Part shown: in pieces, positions 36,113-45,185 of the stretch | Layout: each line of letters starts with the position of its first letter | Position numbering within the stretch: position 1 is the first letter of the stretch | NCBI GenBank assembly: GCA_017550285.1 | Contig: JAFZPP010000021.1 | Location: 21,874 to 85,873, forward strand | Direction of reading: 5' to 3' | Length of the DNA stretch: 64,000 bases | Origin: Oscillospiraceae bacterium | GTDB taxonomy: Bacteria; Bacillota; Clostridia; Oscillospirales; Ruminococcaceae | Position numbers and translations under genes: made by a program | The notes under the pieces: generated by a model | What the model was told of the DNA's origin: nothing | Databases searched by the model: none | Seen by the model: the letters and a program-made list of their open reading frames with translations, nothing else

Positions 36113-36204
36113 GCAGCGGTACTGCATGGGAAAGTACAGATGAAATATGCGGCAAAGGCAGGATTCTGCATCTGCCGATACAGACAATCAGGAGGACAAA
36201 TCAT

Positions 36205-37380
36205 ATGAATCACAACAGAAAAACAGCTTTGATCTTCGCGGCGCTGCTCGGTGCAGGCGTTCTGACGTCCTGCGGCGGCGATTTGCAGCAGGCTGCCGAT
36301 ACGCGCAGCATGGTCGCGGAGCAGAGAATCATGCCGGCAGCAGCCGAGGATATGCGCGGCGACTTGAACGGTGACGGCGCACAGGATGCTGCGGACGCAC
36401 AGCTGCTCTTGCAGTATTATGCAGAGAATACGCTGGCAGGCAATTCGCTGACATGGGATCAGCTGCTCGGTGCAGCAAGCTCCGAGGCTGCGGATCAGGC
36501 TGCGGCAAAGCGTGCGCTGAAGCGCTATCTGGATGCAGCCGCGGAAGGCGATACGCTGGGCATGATCGAAGCGTCCGGTCTGGGCGATCTGCTGCGCATG
36601 ACAAAAGGCAATATGAAAACAAATGAGGAGCTTGCTGCGGACGACGGGCTGACAGTCAACAAGATTGACAGCTATACAATCGGGGAGCCGAAAACGGATG
36701 CGCAGATGCTCAAGGAGTATCAGGAGGAGACCGAGAAGGCACTGGAAGAGGCAAGAGCCGTTGTTGCAGATAACAAGGCGGCTGCATCCGACATCCGCAC
36801 TGCATTCCTGACACTCTCCATGGTGAAGCCGCTGACCAAGATGTATGCTTTTCCGGTTACGCTGACGCAGGAGGGAAAAACTACAGAGGATGCGGTTCTG
36901 ATGACCTGTGACGAAAAGGGGGAATGGCGCGTCGATGCAGGCGTGGTGACCTCGCTTGTCAGATACATCACGAAGGCGAGAAAATCCTCCGTGAATACAG
37001 CCGCCAAGACCGTTTACAATGCGGTTTCCAGTGCGATGACTGATATGGACAGTCAGGATGTGAAGGTCAAGCTGCTCAACGGTGATTATATCTTTACCGG
37101 CGCGGATTTTGAGAATGTGACGCAGCAGATGAATCTCGGCGCATCCACGACCAAGGAGCAGCAGCTTGCACAGCTCAAATATCTGATCTCGAAATATTTT
37201 CCGACTGCCTCGGAGCTCGGTATGATCAGTGTCCGGCTTCAGGACGGCATCTGCATTGCCGTGGCGGTGCAGAAGGAATTTTCCGATGACATACTGATCG
37301 GCACCTATCCGCGGGTCGAGGACATTCCGGAAGGGATGAGCGTCACGGAAGCAATGCAGAAAGCAGCCGAAAAAGGCTGA
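36205..37380 (+). CDS. lipoprotein with one dockerin-like Ca-binding repeat and a C-terminal domain homologous to the heads of pilins 483-950 and 1113-1694
   Basis: Lipobox LTSC. GDLNGDGAQDAADAQLLLQYY. The C-terminal YITKARKSSVNTAAKTVYNAVSSAMTDMD...YFPTASELGMISVRLQDGICIAV...GTYP aligns with pilin YVR(K/R)SKITTAN.AAKS(I/V)YNA...YF.D....L.D..C...G.YPG.YP. Confidence 0.8.
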   Translation: MNHNRKTALIFAALLGAGVLTSCGGDLQQAADTRSMVAEQRIMPAAAEDMRGDLNGDGAQDAADAQLLLQYYAENTLAGNSLTWDQLLGAASSEAADQAAAKRALKRYLDAAAEGDTLGMIEASGLGDLLRMTKGNMKTNEELAADDGLTVNKIDSYTIGEPKTDAQMLKEYQEETEKALEEARAVVADNKAAASDIRTAFLTLSMVKPLTKMYAFPVTLTQEGKTTEDAVLMTCDEKGEWRVDAGVVTSLVRYITKARKSSVNTAAKTVYNAVSSAMTDMDSQDVKVKLLNGDYIFTGADFENVTQQMNLGASTTKEQQLAQLKYLISKYFPTASELGMISVRLQDGICIAVAVQKEFSDDILIGTYPRVEDIPEGMSVTEAMQKAAEKG

Positions 37381-37474
37381 GCAGATAAAACAGCCATAGA
37401 GAGATAGAAATGCGGCGTGAGACGACCGTAACTGCATTATGTGCAGATCATGATTTGAACGGAGGACAAAGAGG

Positions 37475-38173
37475 ATGAATCATCTGAAAAAAGGAATCTG
37501 CGGCATCATTGTGCTGACGCTCTGCGCCGGTATGCTGACAGGCTGCGGAAACAAACCGGAGACAGCAGAAACGGAAAGCAAGCCTGCTGCATCGGAATCT
37601 GCGGCGGCACCGGCTGAAACGGATGCTGCGGCAGAATCGCTGAGCGAGGTGCAGGAATCTGCGGATGAAGCCGCTGCCAAGGAAAAGCTGACCGCTTTTC
37701 TGGAGGGATGCAGGAATCATGATCTCGACGCGATCCTGTCTGTTGCCGATTACAGCGGACTGTATCAGGCACTTGAGGGGGATGCGTTCGATGAGGCACA
37801 GTTCCGGCAGGAGCTGGAAGCAATGCTCTGCGATTCGTTTGAATCCTATTCCGTCGGGGAACTGACAAGCAGCTATCAGGACCTCGTGACCTTCAACGGC
37901 AATGTCAGCAGTTTTCTCAAGGAAATGGAGGAGGAGCCTGCGGTTCCCGATGACGAGGAGACGCTCCGGCTTATCGGATACGCAAAGCAGACGATGAAGC
38001 CTGCGGATAACCGCTGTGCCTTTGCCGTCACGGTCAATGCGGGCGGAACGGAGACAACCGACGATCTCGTGATGCTCCGCTGCGGTGATACATGGCAGCT
38101 CGATCTTGTCACCGAAACCGCGACCCGCATCTATCAGAACCGCGTATACAACGCCGGACAGCAGCAGGAATAA
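37475..38173 (+). CDS. hypothetical lipoprotein
   Basis: Lipobox LTGC, an acidic/Ala-rich spacer, then a ~150-aa domain. No family recognised. Confidence 0.7.
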   Translation: MNHLKKGICGIIVLTLCAGMLTGCGNKPETAETESKPAASESAAAPAETDAAAESLSEVQESADEAAAKEKLTAFLEGCRNHDLDAILSVADYSGLYQALEGDAFDEAQFRQELEAMLCDSFESYSVGELTSSYQDLVTFNGNVSSFLKEMEEEPAVPDDEETLRLIGYAKQTMKPADNRCAFAVTVNAGGTETTDDLVMLRCGDTWQLDLVTETATRIYQNRVYNAGQQQE

Positions 38174-38302
38174 GGCATCATTCAGGAGGAAACACCCTGC
38201 CGGACGGGGCAATACCGGAGCATCCGTCCGGCATACATCGCAGCAAAGCAGCTGCAAATATAATCAATTCAGTATTAACTGAAAAAAAGGGAGGATCTGG
38301 CT

Positions 38303-39028
38303 ATGAATCTTGACGAATTACTGAAGGAAGCGATTACGAAACCGGAAAAGCGTTCGCTGTTTTTGCAAATGCTCATCAAAAGCGATGTGTATGTCATCTG
38401 CAAGAAGCCCGTCAAGCAGGATGAAATTAACGGCGGTGTTTCCATGGAGCTGGTGACAACGCAGAATCCGGACGGCGATATCTTTATCCCGTTCTTCACG
38501 AGCTACCGCTCTTTGCAGCAGTTTGCCAAGCGCTATGTCAACTGCTACCGCCTGAACTGTCTGCGCCTGTTTGATCTGATCCAGTCTGCCAATGCCGTGC
38601 TGAATCCGAATTCCTACGGCAAGGAATTTTCTTCGCAGGAGATCAAGAGTATCCTCATGGTTGCGCGGAATCTGAATATTCCGGCGATCTCCATGAAGGA
38701 GGAGGAAACGATTGAATACCGCCGCAATCAGAAGGACCTCGATCATCTGATCCGGCCGCTGACGCGCTATCTTGCCAGACAGGCGAATGTCGATGCCTGT
38801 TATCTGGTCGAAATGGTGCGCGGATGCGAAAGGCCGCAGACGCTCTTTGTATTTGACATGAGCGGCAATACGCGCAAGCTGTTCTTCCCGCTCTCCAAGT
38901 ACATGCAGAGCTATACCAAATCGGGCGACTCACTGGTGTTTATCAGTCTGGAGGAGCCTGCCGCAAAGAAAGCCGTCAAGGGAATTGATCCCTTCTATAT
39001 CCGCAAAAAGCGCTTCTTTGAGCGCTGA
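38303..39028 (+). CDS. SseB-family protein
   Basis: Collinear with E. coli SseB: LDELLKEAITKPEKRSLFLQMLIKSDVYV, IFIPFFTSYRSLQQF, LNPNSYGKEFSSQEI and a C-terminal ...DPFYIRKKRFF. Confidence 0.85.
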   Translation: MNLDELLKEAITKPEKRSLFLQMLIKSDVYVICKKPVKQDEINGGVSMELVTTQNPDGDIFIPFFTSYRSLQQFAKRYVNCYRLNCLRLFDLIQSANAVLNPNSYGKEFSSQEIKSILMVARNLNIPAISMKEEETIEYRRNQKDLDHLIRPLTRYLARQANVDACYLVEMVRGCERPQTLFVFDMSGNTRKLFFPLSKYMQSYTKSGDSLVFISLEEPAAKKAVKGIDPFYIRKKRFFER

Positions 39029-39048
39029 ACACGAAAGGAGCAGACATT

Positions 39049-39294
39049 ATGCCGCCGAAATCCAAACCGACAACAACCCACAATGCACCCGAAAAACCTG
39101 CGGAGGCTGCAAAGGATACAGCCGAAAAGCAGTCTGAGCTCAAGCCCGCCGCAAAGGCGATTGCATCCGCAGCCTCTGCCGTTTCTTCTGCGGCAAACGC
39201 TGCAAAATCCGCTGCCGCCGCTGCATCTGCCGCCGTTTCTGCGGTTGCAGCACCGGCAAAAAAGGATGAATCTCACAAAGCTGAGAAAAAGTAA
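39049..39294 (+). CDS. small Ala/Lys-rich low-complexity protein starting MPPKSKP
   Basis: RBS AAAGGAG. It shares the MPP(K/S)x(K/R)P N-terminus with the next two genes. Confidence 0.55.
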   Translation: MPPKSKPTTTHNAPEKPAEAAKDTAEKQSELKPAAKAIASAASAVSSAANAAKSAAAAASAAVSAVAAPAKKDESHKAEKK

Positions 39295-39338
39295 GGAAAC
39301 CCGACAACAGATGTCTTTGACATGAAAGGAGTTCAAAA

Positions 39339-39989
39339 ATGCCGCCCAGCAGCAGACCTTCAAGTTCCCATTCCTCGAGGCCCTCGTCGTCTCATTCTTC
39401 GCACTCGTCCCATTCTTCCCATTCGTCGCATCATTCTTCCTATTCGCATCATTCCGGCGGATATCATCACAGCCCGCCGCATCATTATCATCACCCGCCG
39501 CATCATCATTCCGGCTACGGATATTCCGGCGGATACGGACGCCGTCATTACAGCGGCGGCAATTCGCTCCTCGGAAGCTGCGTCAGCGTGATTGCATTTG
39601 CGCTGCTGATTGTTTTCATTGCCGTTGTTGTTGTACTGAACAAGGACAAAATCGGACAGAATCACAATACCGGAAACAATAACAATCAGGCTGTTATTTC
39701 CGAGCAGCATCAGGATATTTATGTCCCTGCGCTCGGCAGAGATGTGCCGTGGAGCACGCAGTATGACAGCTACTACGATAAGCAGACGGACTGCTATTTC
39801 TTCCTCAATACCGAAATGGACCCGCCGATCTGGCAGTATTGGTTTGAGGGCGTTTCGTCGCAGTACGGTGATTACGGCTGGCTCGAATGGGATGCAAGAG
39901 AGAGCCGCTGGTACGTTCAGAAGACGGAGACCAAATGGGAACCCCTGCCGGAGAAATATGCATCCGATCTATGGCATTTTGACAGCTGA
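39339..39989 (+). CDS. His/Ser-repeat single-pass membrane protein with a conserved Trp/Tyr-rich C-terminal domain, paralogue 1
   Basis: [42 protein letters not shown]..., His/Pro/Gly/Tyr-rich stretch, TM segment CVSVIAFALLIVFIAVVVVL, then [11 protein letters not shown]...[26 protein letters not shown]...GWLEWDARESRWYVQ...LWHFD. Confidence 0.8.
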   Translation: MPPSSRPSSSHSSRPSSSHSSHSSHSSHSSHHSSYSHHSGGYHHSPPHHYHHPPHHHSGYGYSGGYGRRHYSGGNSLLGSCVSVIAFALLIVFIAVVVVLNKDKIGQNHNTGNNNNQAVISEQHQDIYVPALGRDVPWSTQYDSYYDKQTDCYFFLNTEMDPPIWQYWFEGVSSQYGDYGWLEWDARESRWYVQKTETKWEPLPEKYASDLWHFDS

Positions 39990-40022
39990 CAGAATTTTTC
40001 AACAGAAAGGTAAGGGATGACC

Positions 40023-41051
40023 ATGCCACCGAAAGGCAGACCGAACAGTTCACATTCCTCGCGTCCGAGTTCTTCGGGACATTCTTCGCATTCGTCACAT
40101 TCTTCTCATTCTTCGCACTCGTCGCATTCCTCGCACAGCTCGTTTTCATCGCATCGCCCGTCGTCGCATCACAGTTACGGTGCGCCGCCTCCTCCGCAGC
40201 ATCACGGCTTCGGCGGATCACATCACGGTTACGGTGCACCGCCGCCTCCGCCTCCGCATCATCACAGCTCATCGGGCGGATTTCTGACGGGACTTGCAGT
40301 CGGCAGCGCGCTGAATCAGGCGCAGAATCAGAGCAGCACACCGACAACCGTTGTGAATCAGACGATTGTGCAGCAGCCGACAATCCGCAAATACAACTGC
40401 CCCTTCTGCGGCGGCAGAGTGGAGGGCAGATCCTCTGCAAACGGGCTTTCGTCGATGACCTGCCCGAACTGCGGCGGCATTCTGTCTGAGGGTGATGCCG
40501 TTGATGAGCCGGTGCAGCAGGTCGTGCAGACGCAGACGTATTCGCAGCCGGCAGCGGCGCCGCAGACCTATACGCGTGCGCCGGAGCAGCCGTATTATCC
40601 GCGGCAATCGTTCGGCGATAAGCTCAAATCCTGCTTCGGTACGATCCTTGCGTTTGTGATTATCGGCGCAATCGCGTTCGGCGGCTTCAAGTTCTATGAG
40701 TGGTATGACGGCAGACATCAGTACAGTCAGCCGTATTATGATGACGGCTACTACGATGAACGCCCCGAGCAGCATGATCCGGTTTATGTCCCTGCGCTCG
40801 GCAGAGATGTCCCGTGGGACAGCGAATATGACAGCTATTATGACAGACAGACGGACTGTTATTTCTTCCTCAATACCGATATGGATCCGCCGATCTGGCA
40901 GTATTGGTTTGAGGGTGTCTCGTCCGATTACGGCGATTACGGCTGGCTCGAATGGGATGCAAAGGAATCGCGCTGGTATGTGCAGATCCGTGAAAATCAA
41001 TGGGAGCCGCTGCCGGATGGAAAGGGTACAGGACTCTGGCATTTCGACTGA
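40023..41051 (+). CDS. His/Ser-repeat membrane protein with an internal zinc-ribbon and the same C-terminal domain, paralogue 2
   Basis: The start is set at the second ATG, giving MPPKGRP like its neighbours. (HSS)n repeat, CPFCGG...CPNCGG, TM segment [15 protein letters not shown]. The C-terminal ~88 aa are very similar to paralogue 1. Confidence 0.8.
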   Translation: MPPKGRPNSSHSSRPSSSGHSSHSSHSSHSSHSSHSSHSSFSSHRPSSHHSYGAPPPPQHHGFGGSHHGYGAPPPPPPHHHSSSGGFLTGLAVGSALNQAQNQSSTPTTVVNQTIVQQPTIRKYNCPFCGGRVEGRSSANGLSSMTCPNCGGILSEGDAVDEPVQQVVQTQTYSQPAAAPQTYTRAPEQPYYPRQSFGDKLKSCFGTILAFVIIGAIAFGGFKFYEWYDGRHQYSQPYYDDGYYDERPEQHDPVYVPALGRDVPWDSEYDSYYDRQTDCYFFLNTDMDPPIWQYWFEGVSSDYGDYGWLEWDAKESRWYVQIRENQWEPLPDGKGTGLWHFD

Positions 41052-41076
41052 TACCTATGATCGGAGAACCGAATAC

Positions 41077-42153
41077 ATGATACAAACCGGAAACCCCGTG
41101 TTTGAGGAGGAGAATGAACGCCTCGCCAGCCCTGAGATCATTGCACAGGACGGCGATCTGGAGGTTTCGCTCCGCCCGAAAACACTCAATGATTATATCG
41201 GACAGGATCAGGTGAAGCAGAATCTCGCTGTCTATATCGAAGCGGCAAGGCGCCGCAGCGAGCCGCTTGACCATGTCCTGCTTTACGGTCCGCCGGGACT
41301 CGGCAAGACCACACTCTCCGGCATTATTGCACATGAGCTGGGCGTCAATCTGCGGATCACATCCGGTCCGGCGATTGAAAAGCCCGGCGATCTCGCCGCC
41401 CTGCTGACGAATCTCGGCAGGGGCGATGTGCTCTTTGTCGATGAGATTCACCGTCTTTCGCGTGCGGTCGAGGAGATTCTCTATCCGGCGCTGGAGGACA
41501 GAGCACTCGATATTATGATCGGAAAGGGTCCCTCTGCACGGTCGATCCGTGTGGATTTGCAGCCCTTTACGCTGGTCGGCGCGACGACAAGAGCCGGTCA
41601 GCTTTCCGCTCCGCTGCGCGACCGCTTCGGGATTGTGCAGCGGCTGGAGCTCTATACGCCGGAGCAGCTCTGCGATATCATCCGCAGAAGTGCGATGCTG
41701 CTCGATATTCCGTGCGAAACGGACGGCGCCATGGAGCTTGCAAGACGTTCGCGCGGTACGCCGCGTATCGCAAACCGCCTGCTGCGCAGAGTCCGCGATT
41801 TTGCGGATGTGCTCGGTACGGGCGTGATTGATGCAAAAACTACCCGTGAGGCGCTGGAACGCCTCGAAATCGACGAGCTCGGACTGGATAAGCTCGATCA
41901 CCGGCTTCTGGATATGATGATCCGCGGCTATCACGGCGGTCCGGTCGGACTGGAAACGCTTGCTTCTGCAATCGGTGAGGAGGCGGTCACGCTCGAGGAT
42001 GTCTGCGAGCCGTATCTGATGCAGCTCGGTATGCTTGCGCGGACACCGCGCGGCAGAGTTGCAACGCAGCTTGCCTATCAGCACCTCGGATATCCCTTGG
42101 AAGCAGGTACTGCCGGTCAGCAGTATTCGCTGACAGATATGCTCGGCGGCTGA
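41077..42153 (+). CDS. ruvB: Holliday junction branch migration DNA helicase RuvB
   Basis: The start was trimmed to [12 protein letters not shown] (RBS GGAGAA). [13 protein letters not shown], Walker [11 protein letters not shown] and sensor motifs. Confidence 0.95.
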   Translation: MIQTGNPVFEEENERLASPEIIAQDGDLEVSLRPKTLNDYIGQDQVKQNLAVYIEAARRRSEPLDHVLLYGPPGLGKTTLSGIIAHELGVNLRITSGPAIEKPGDLAALLTNLGRGDVLFVDEIHRLSRAVEEILYPALEDRALDIMIGKGPSARSIRVDLQPFTLVGATTRAGQLSAPLRDRFGIVQRLELYTPEQLCDIIRRSAMLLDIPCETDGAMELARRSRGTPRIANRLLRRVRDFADVLGTGVIDAKTTREALERLEIDELGLDKLDHRLLDMMIRGYHGGPVGLETLASAIGEEAVTLEDVCEPYLMQLGMLARTPRGRVATQLAYQHLGYPLEAGTAGQQYSLTDMLGG

Positions 42154-42177
42154 GCCGCAGCCGAACGGAGGATGCGT

Positions 42178-42735
42178 ATGAGCCTCTTGCCAAAACAGAA
42201 TTACAGATTCAATCGGGAGATACCGCTGCCGGAAGGTCTGATCAACGGTCAGGCGCTGGGAGCGGTATCAGGTATGAAATTCGGTCTTTCCAATATGAGC
42301 CGCAGCGGCTGCGAGGTCATTGCGATTTACAATGCACTGCTGCTGCATCACCGTCCGGCACCGTTTCTGGAAATCGCACGCTATATGGAGCGGTTTCGGG
42401 TGCTGCTCGGCTTTTGGGGTGCCAATTTTCTGTCGCTCGGGCACTGCTTAAAGCACTACGGCTTGCGGGCGGTGCGCGTCCGTCAGCCGCAGAAGGTGGA
42501 GGATGCGCTTCTGGCAGGCAGAACGGTCGTCTATGTGTACTGGGTCAAAAAGCGATTTCGTTCCTCGGTGCATACGGTCGTGCTGCAAAAGGGCAGGGAT
42601 GTTCTCTGCGTTTACAATGCGTATAACCGATGCGGTCATGTGCTGCATATCGGAATGGAAGATTATCTCCGGAACCGGAATATGATCTTCGGCTATATCA
42701 TCGAACAGGATTCGGAAAAAAATATAGGAGCGTAG
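42178..42735 (+). CDS. hypothetical protein (possible Cys/His papain-like fold, weak)
   Basis: RBS GGAGG. Candidate ...MSRSGCEVIAIYNAL... Cys and ...SSVHTVVL... His. No confident family. Confidence 0.6.
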   Translation: MSLLPKQNYRFNREIPLPEGLINGQALGAVSGMKFGLSNMSRSGCEVIAIYNALLLHHRPAPFLEIARYMERFRVLLGFWGANFLSLGHCLKHYGLRAVRVRQPQKVEDALLAGRTVVYVYWVKKRFRSSVHTVVLQKGRDVLCVYNAYNRCGHVLHIGMEDYLRNRNMIFGYIIEQDSEKNIGA

Positions 42736-42741
42736 GGTCAG

Positions 42742-43095
42742 ATGATTACCTTCAATGAAACCTATGATGCGTATATACTGGAGCAGGACGGGATTCTGTT
42801 CCGCTGGGAGGAACAGCCGGATGCAGCTGCGGAGGCTGCCGCCGCGGATACTGCCGCTGCGTATCACAAGAATATCCGCGAGATTGCGGAATTTCTCATT
42901 GATGATTTGATCCGCGGCATCTGGGGCATCAGCGATCCCGAGCAGGTGATTGCGATGCTCGGCAGACCGCAGATTGCACCTGCACTGCGGCAGGTTGTTT
43001 ACTGTGAGCATCTGTTTGACAAGCTGCATGTCATCAGCTTTGAGTATCTGGATGATGAATTCTTGCAGCTCCATGCGGTCGATCTCGACGGCTGA
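42742..43095 (+). CDS. hypothetical protein
   Basis: 117-aa ORF with RBS AGGAG. No family recognised. Confidence 0.6.
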   Translation: MITFNETYDAYILEQDGILFRWEEQPDAAAEAAAADTAAAYHKNIREIAEFLIDDLIRGIWGISDPEQVIAMLGRPQIAPALRQVVYCEHLFDKLHVISFEYLDDEFLQLHAVDLDG

Positions 43096-43107
43096 TCGGG
43101 GGACGGT

Positions 43108-43746
43108 ATGGCGTTTGATTATAAAAAGGAATACAAAGAGTATTATCAGCCGCCGAAGAAGCCTGCGCTCATTGAGATTCCGCCGATGCATTTTCTGGCG
43201 GTGCGCGGCAAGGGCAATCCGAATGCGGAGGACGGCGCGTATCAGCAGGCGCTCTCCAGGCTCTACGGCGTCGCATTTACGCTGCGGATGAGCCGGAAGG
43301 CGGGGAAGAATATCGAAGGGTATTTTGAATATGTCGTGCCGCCGCTGGAGGGACTCTGGCAGCAGAACGGCAGTCCGGACGGCAGCTTCGATTACAGCCG
43401 CAAGGACGATCTTTCGTGGATTTCGATGATCCGTCTGCCGGATTTTATCACCGAAGCAGATGTGCAGTGGGCAATCGCAGAGGTGCAGCGGAAGAAGCAG
43501 CTTGACTGCTCCGGCGTCGAATTCTTTACCTATGACGAGGGGCTCTGCGTGCAGGTCATGCACATCGGCAGCTATGACAGTGAGCCGGAAACAATCGCGC
43601 AGATGACAAAGTATCTGACAGAACAGGGCTGCATCGCAGATCATTCCGAAACCAGAATGCACCATGAAATCTATCTGAGTGATCCGCGGAAAGCTGCACC
43701 GGAGAAGCTGAAAACAGTGATCCGGATTCCGGTGAAGCGAATCTGA
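43108..43746 (+). CDS. GyrI-like small-molecule-binding domain protein
   Basis: ...PPMHFLAVRGKGNP...YGVAFTLR...VPPLEGLW...CVQVMHIGSYD.E...HHEIYLSDPRK... is the typical GyrI-like/effector-binding pattern. Confidence 0.8.
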   Translation: MAFDYKKEYKEYYQPPKKPALIEIPPMHFLAVRGKGNPNAEDGAYQQALSRLYGVAFTLRMSRKAGKNIEGYFEYVVPPLEGLWQQNGSPDGSFDYSRKDDLSWISMIRLPDFITEADVQWAIAEVQRKKQLDCSGVEFFTYDEGLCVQVMHIGSYDSEPETIAQMTKYLTEQGCIADHSETRMHHEIYLSDPRKAAPEKLKTVIRIPVKRI

Positions 43747-43785
43747 ATGCAGCAGAAAACGAGGCAACATAAGGGGTGAGAGGAT

Positions 43786-45174
43786 ATGAGCAGATTTTTG
43801 CGGCAGGAGGGTCTGCGCGGCGTGGCAATCACGGAGATTACCTGTGAGCTGATGCTGCGGCTCGGCAGAGCGGCGGCACAGGCAATCGGCAGAACGAGCA
43901 ATCATCCGCCGGTGTTTTATATTTCGCATGATCCGCGGCGCGCGGCAGAGGCGCTGGAAGCGGCGCTCTGTGCCGGTATCTGCGCAGGCGGCGGCATTGC
44001 CCATACGCTCGGCGTTCTGCCCTCATCGGGGCTTGCGCTGATGCTCTCCGCAGAGGATGCGGAGGCGGGGATTGCGCTTTCGGGCGGCAATCTGCCCTAT
44101 GAATCGGTCTGTGTGCGGCTCTTTGCTAAGAGCGGTCTGCCGATGTCCTCAGAGCAGCTTGATGCGATTTCCGCGCTGATGCCCTCGAATGCGGCTATGC
44201 CTCTGAAATCACACCAGAACTGCGGCTATATCGCGCGGCAGGATGATGCATCGCGGCGGTATCTGCGCCTGCTGGCGGCGCGGCTGAGTACGCCGACCGA
44301 CTTAAAGCAGAGCAAGCCGCTCCGGATTGCACTCGATTGCGCAAACGGCGCGGTCAGCGATCTGGCAGAGCCGCTTTTCCGGCATCTCGGTGCGGAGGTG
44401 CTGCTGCTGAACGATCACCCCGACGGCATGAATATCAACCGCGACTGCGGTGTGCAGTCCATGTCGCAGCTGATACAGTTTGTCAAGGATTATAATTGCA
44501 GCGCAGGCTTTGCATTCGACGGCAACGGCGGCAGATGCCTTGCGGTTGATGAGAGCGGTGAGCTGCTCGACGGCGACCGGATGCTTGCGATTCTCTGTGA
44601 GGAGCAGCTTGCCCTGCAAAAGGATGCGCCCGCCGGCAGACCCGATGTCATGCAGCGCGGTGTCGCCGCAACGGTGATGTCGAATCTCGGCTTTCTGCGC
44701 TATGCAAAATCGCGCGGCATTCCCGTACAGAGTACGCAGCCTGCGCCGCAGTTTGTGCTCGATAAGATGCGCAATCTCGGGCTGGCGCTCGGCGGAGACG
44801 GCTCCGGTTATCTGTATTTTGCGGATGTACCTGCGCCGGACGGACTCATGACCGCAGCGAGACTTTTGCAGGTCATGCAGCGGACGGGCAAGCTGCTCGG
44901 GACGCTCTCGAATGTCATGGAATATGATCCGCAGGTCGCGGTGTCGGTCAAGATTCCGCAGCACTGGCGCGAAATCTGGAAGAACGATCCGGATATCACG
45001 GGATTTATCTCCGCATGTGAGGCGGAGCTTGGAACCGAGGGCAGAATTCTCGTCCGCGAACGAAGGGACGATGCGTCGATCCGCATTATGCTCGAGGGCA
45101 GGGATTTCCGGCGGATCAACAGCTATGCATTTGCGATTGAGGAAGCAATCAAATCAAGGACAAGTGCCAAATAG
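43786..45174 (+). CDS. phosphoglucosamine mutase (alpha-D-phosphohexomutase) homologue with degenerate catalytic loops
   Basis: Collinear with GlmM, but the phosphoserine loop is SGGNLP, the metal loop FDGNGGR, the sugar loop GGDGSGY and the phosphate loop RERRDDASIR. Confidence 0.75.
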   Translation: MSRFLRQEGLRGVAITEITCELMLRLGRAAAQAIGRTSNHPPVFYISHDPRRAAEALEAALCAGICAGGGIAHTLGVLPSSGLALMLSAEDAEAGIALSGGNLPYESVCVRLFAKSGLPMSSEQLDAISALMPSNAAMPLKSHQNCGYIARQDDASRRYLRLLAARLSTPTDLKQSKPLRIALDCANGAVSDLAEPLFRHLGAEVLLLNDHPDGMNINRDCGVQSMSQLIQFVKDYNCSAGFAFDGNGGRCLAVDESGELLDGDRMLAILCEEQLALQKDAPAGRPDVMQRGVAATVMSNLGFLRYAKSRGIPVQSTQPAPQFVLDKMRNLGLALGGDGSGYLYFADVPAPDGLMTAARLLQVMQRTGKLLGTLSNVMEYDPQVAVSVKIPQHWREIWKNDPDITGFISACEAELGTEGRILVRERRDDASIRIMLEGRDFRRINSYAFAIEEAIKSRTSAK

Positions 45175-45185
45175 GAGTGAATCAT

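Noticed and set aside
39360-39520. 9-bp (cat tct tcg)-type repeats, here and at ~40040-40160, as a slipped-strand phase-variation (contingency) locus.
   Set aside because: The units are imperfect at synonymous positions, so long identical tracts needed for efficient slippage are absent. The repeat length is a multiple of 3, so slippage would change length and not frame. I treat it as a protein-level repeat.
39083-39591. Alternative-frame ORFs 39083-39325 and 39322-39591 overlapping the MPP-start genes.
   Set aside because: They have no RBS. Their translations are Pro/Leu/Arg- or Ile/Arg-rich artefacts of the repeat DNA. The annotated frames have strong RBSs and a paralogous conserved domain.
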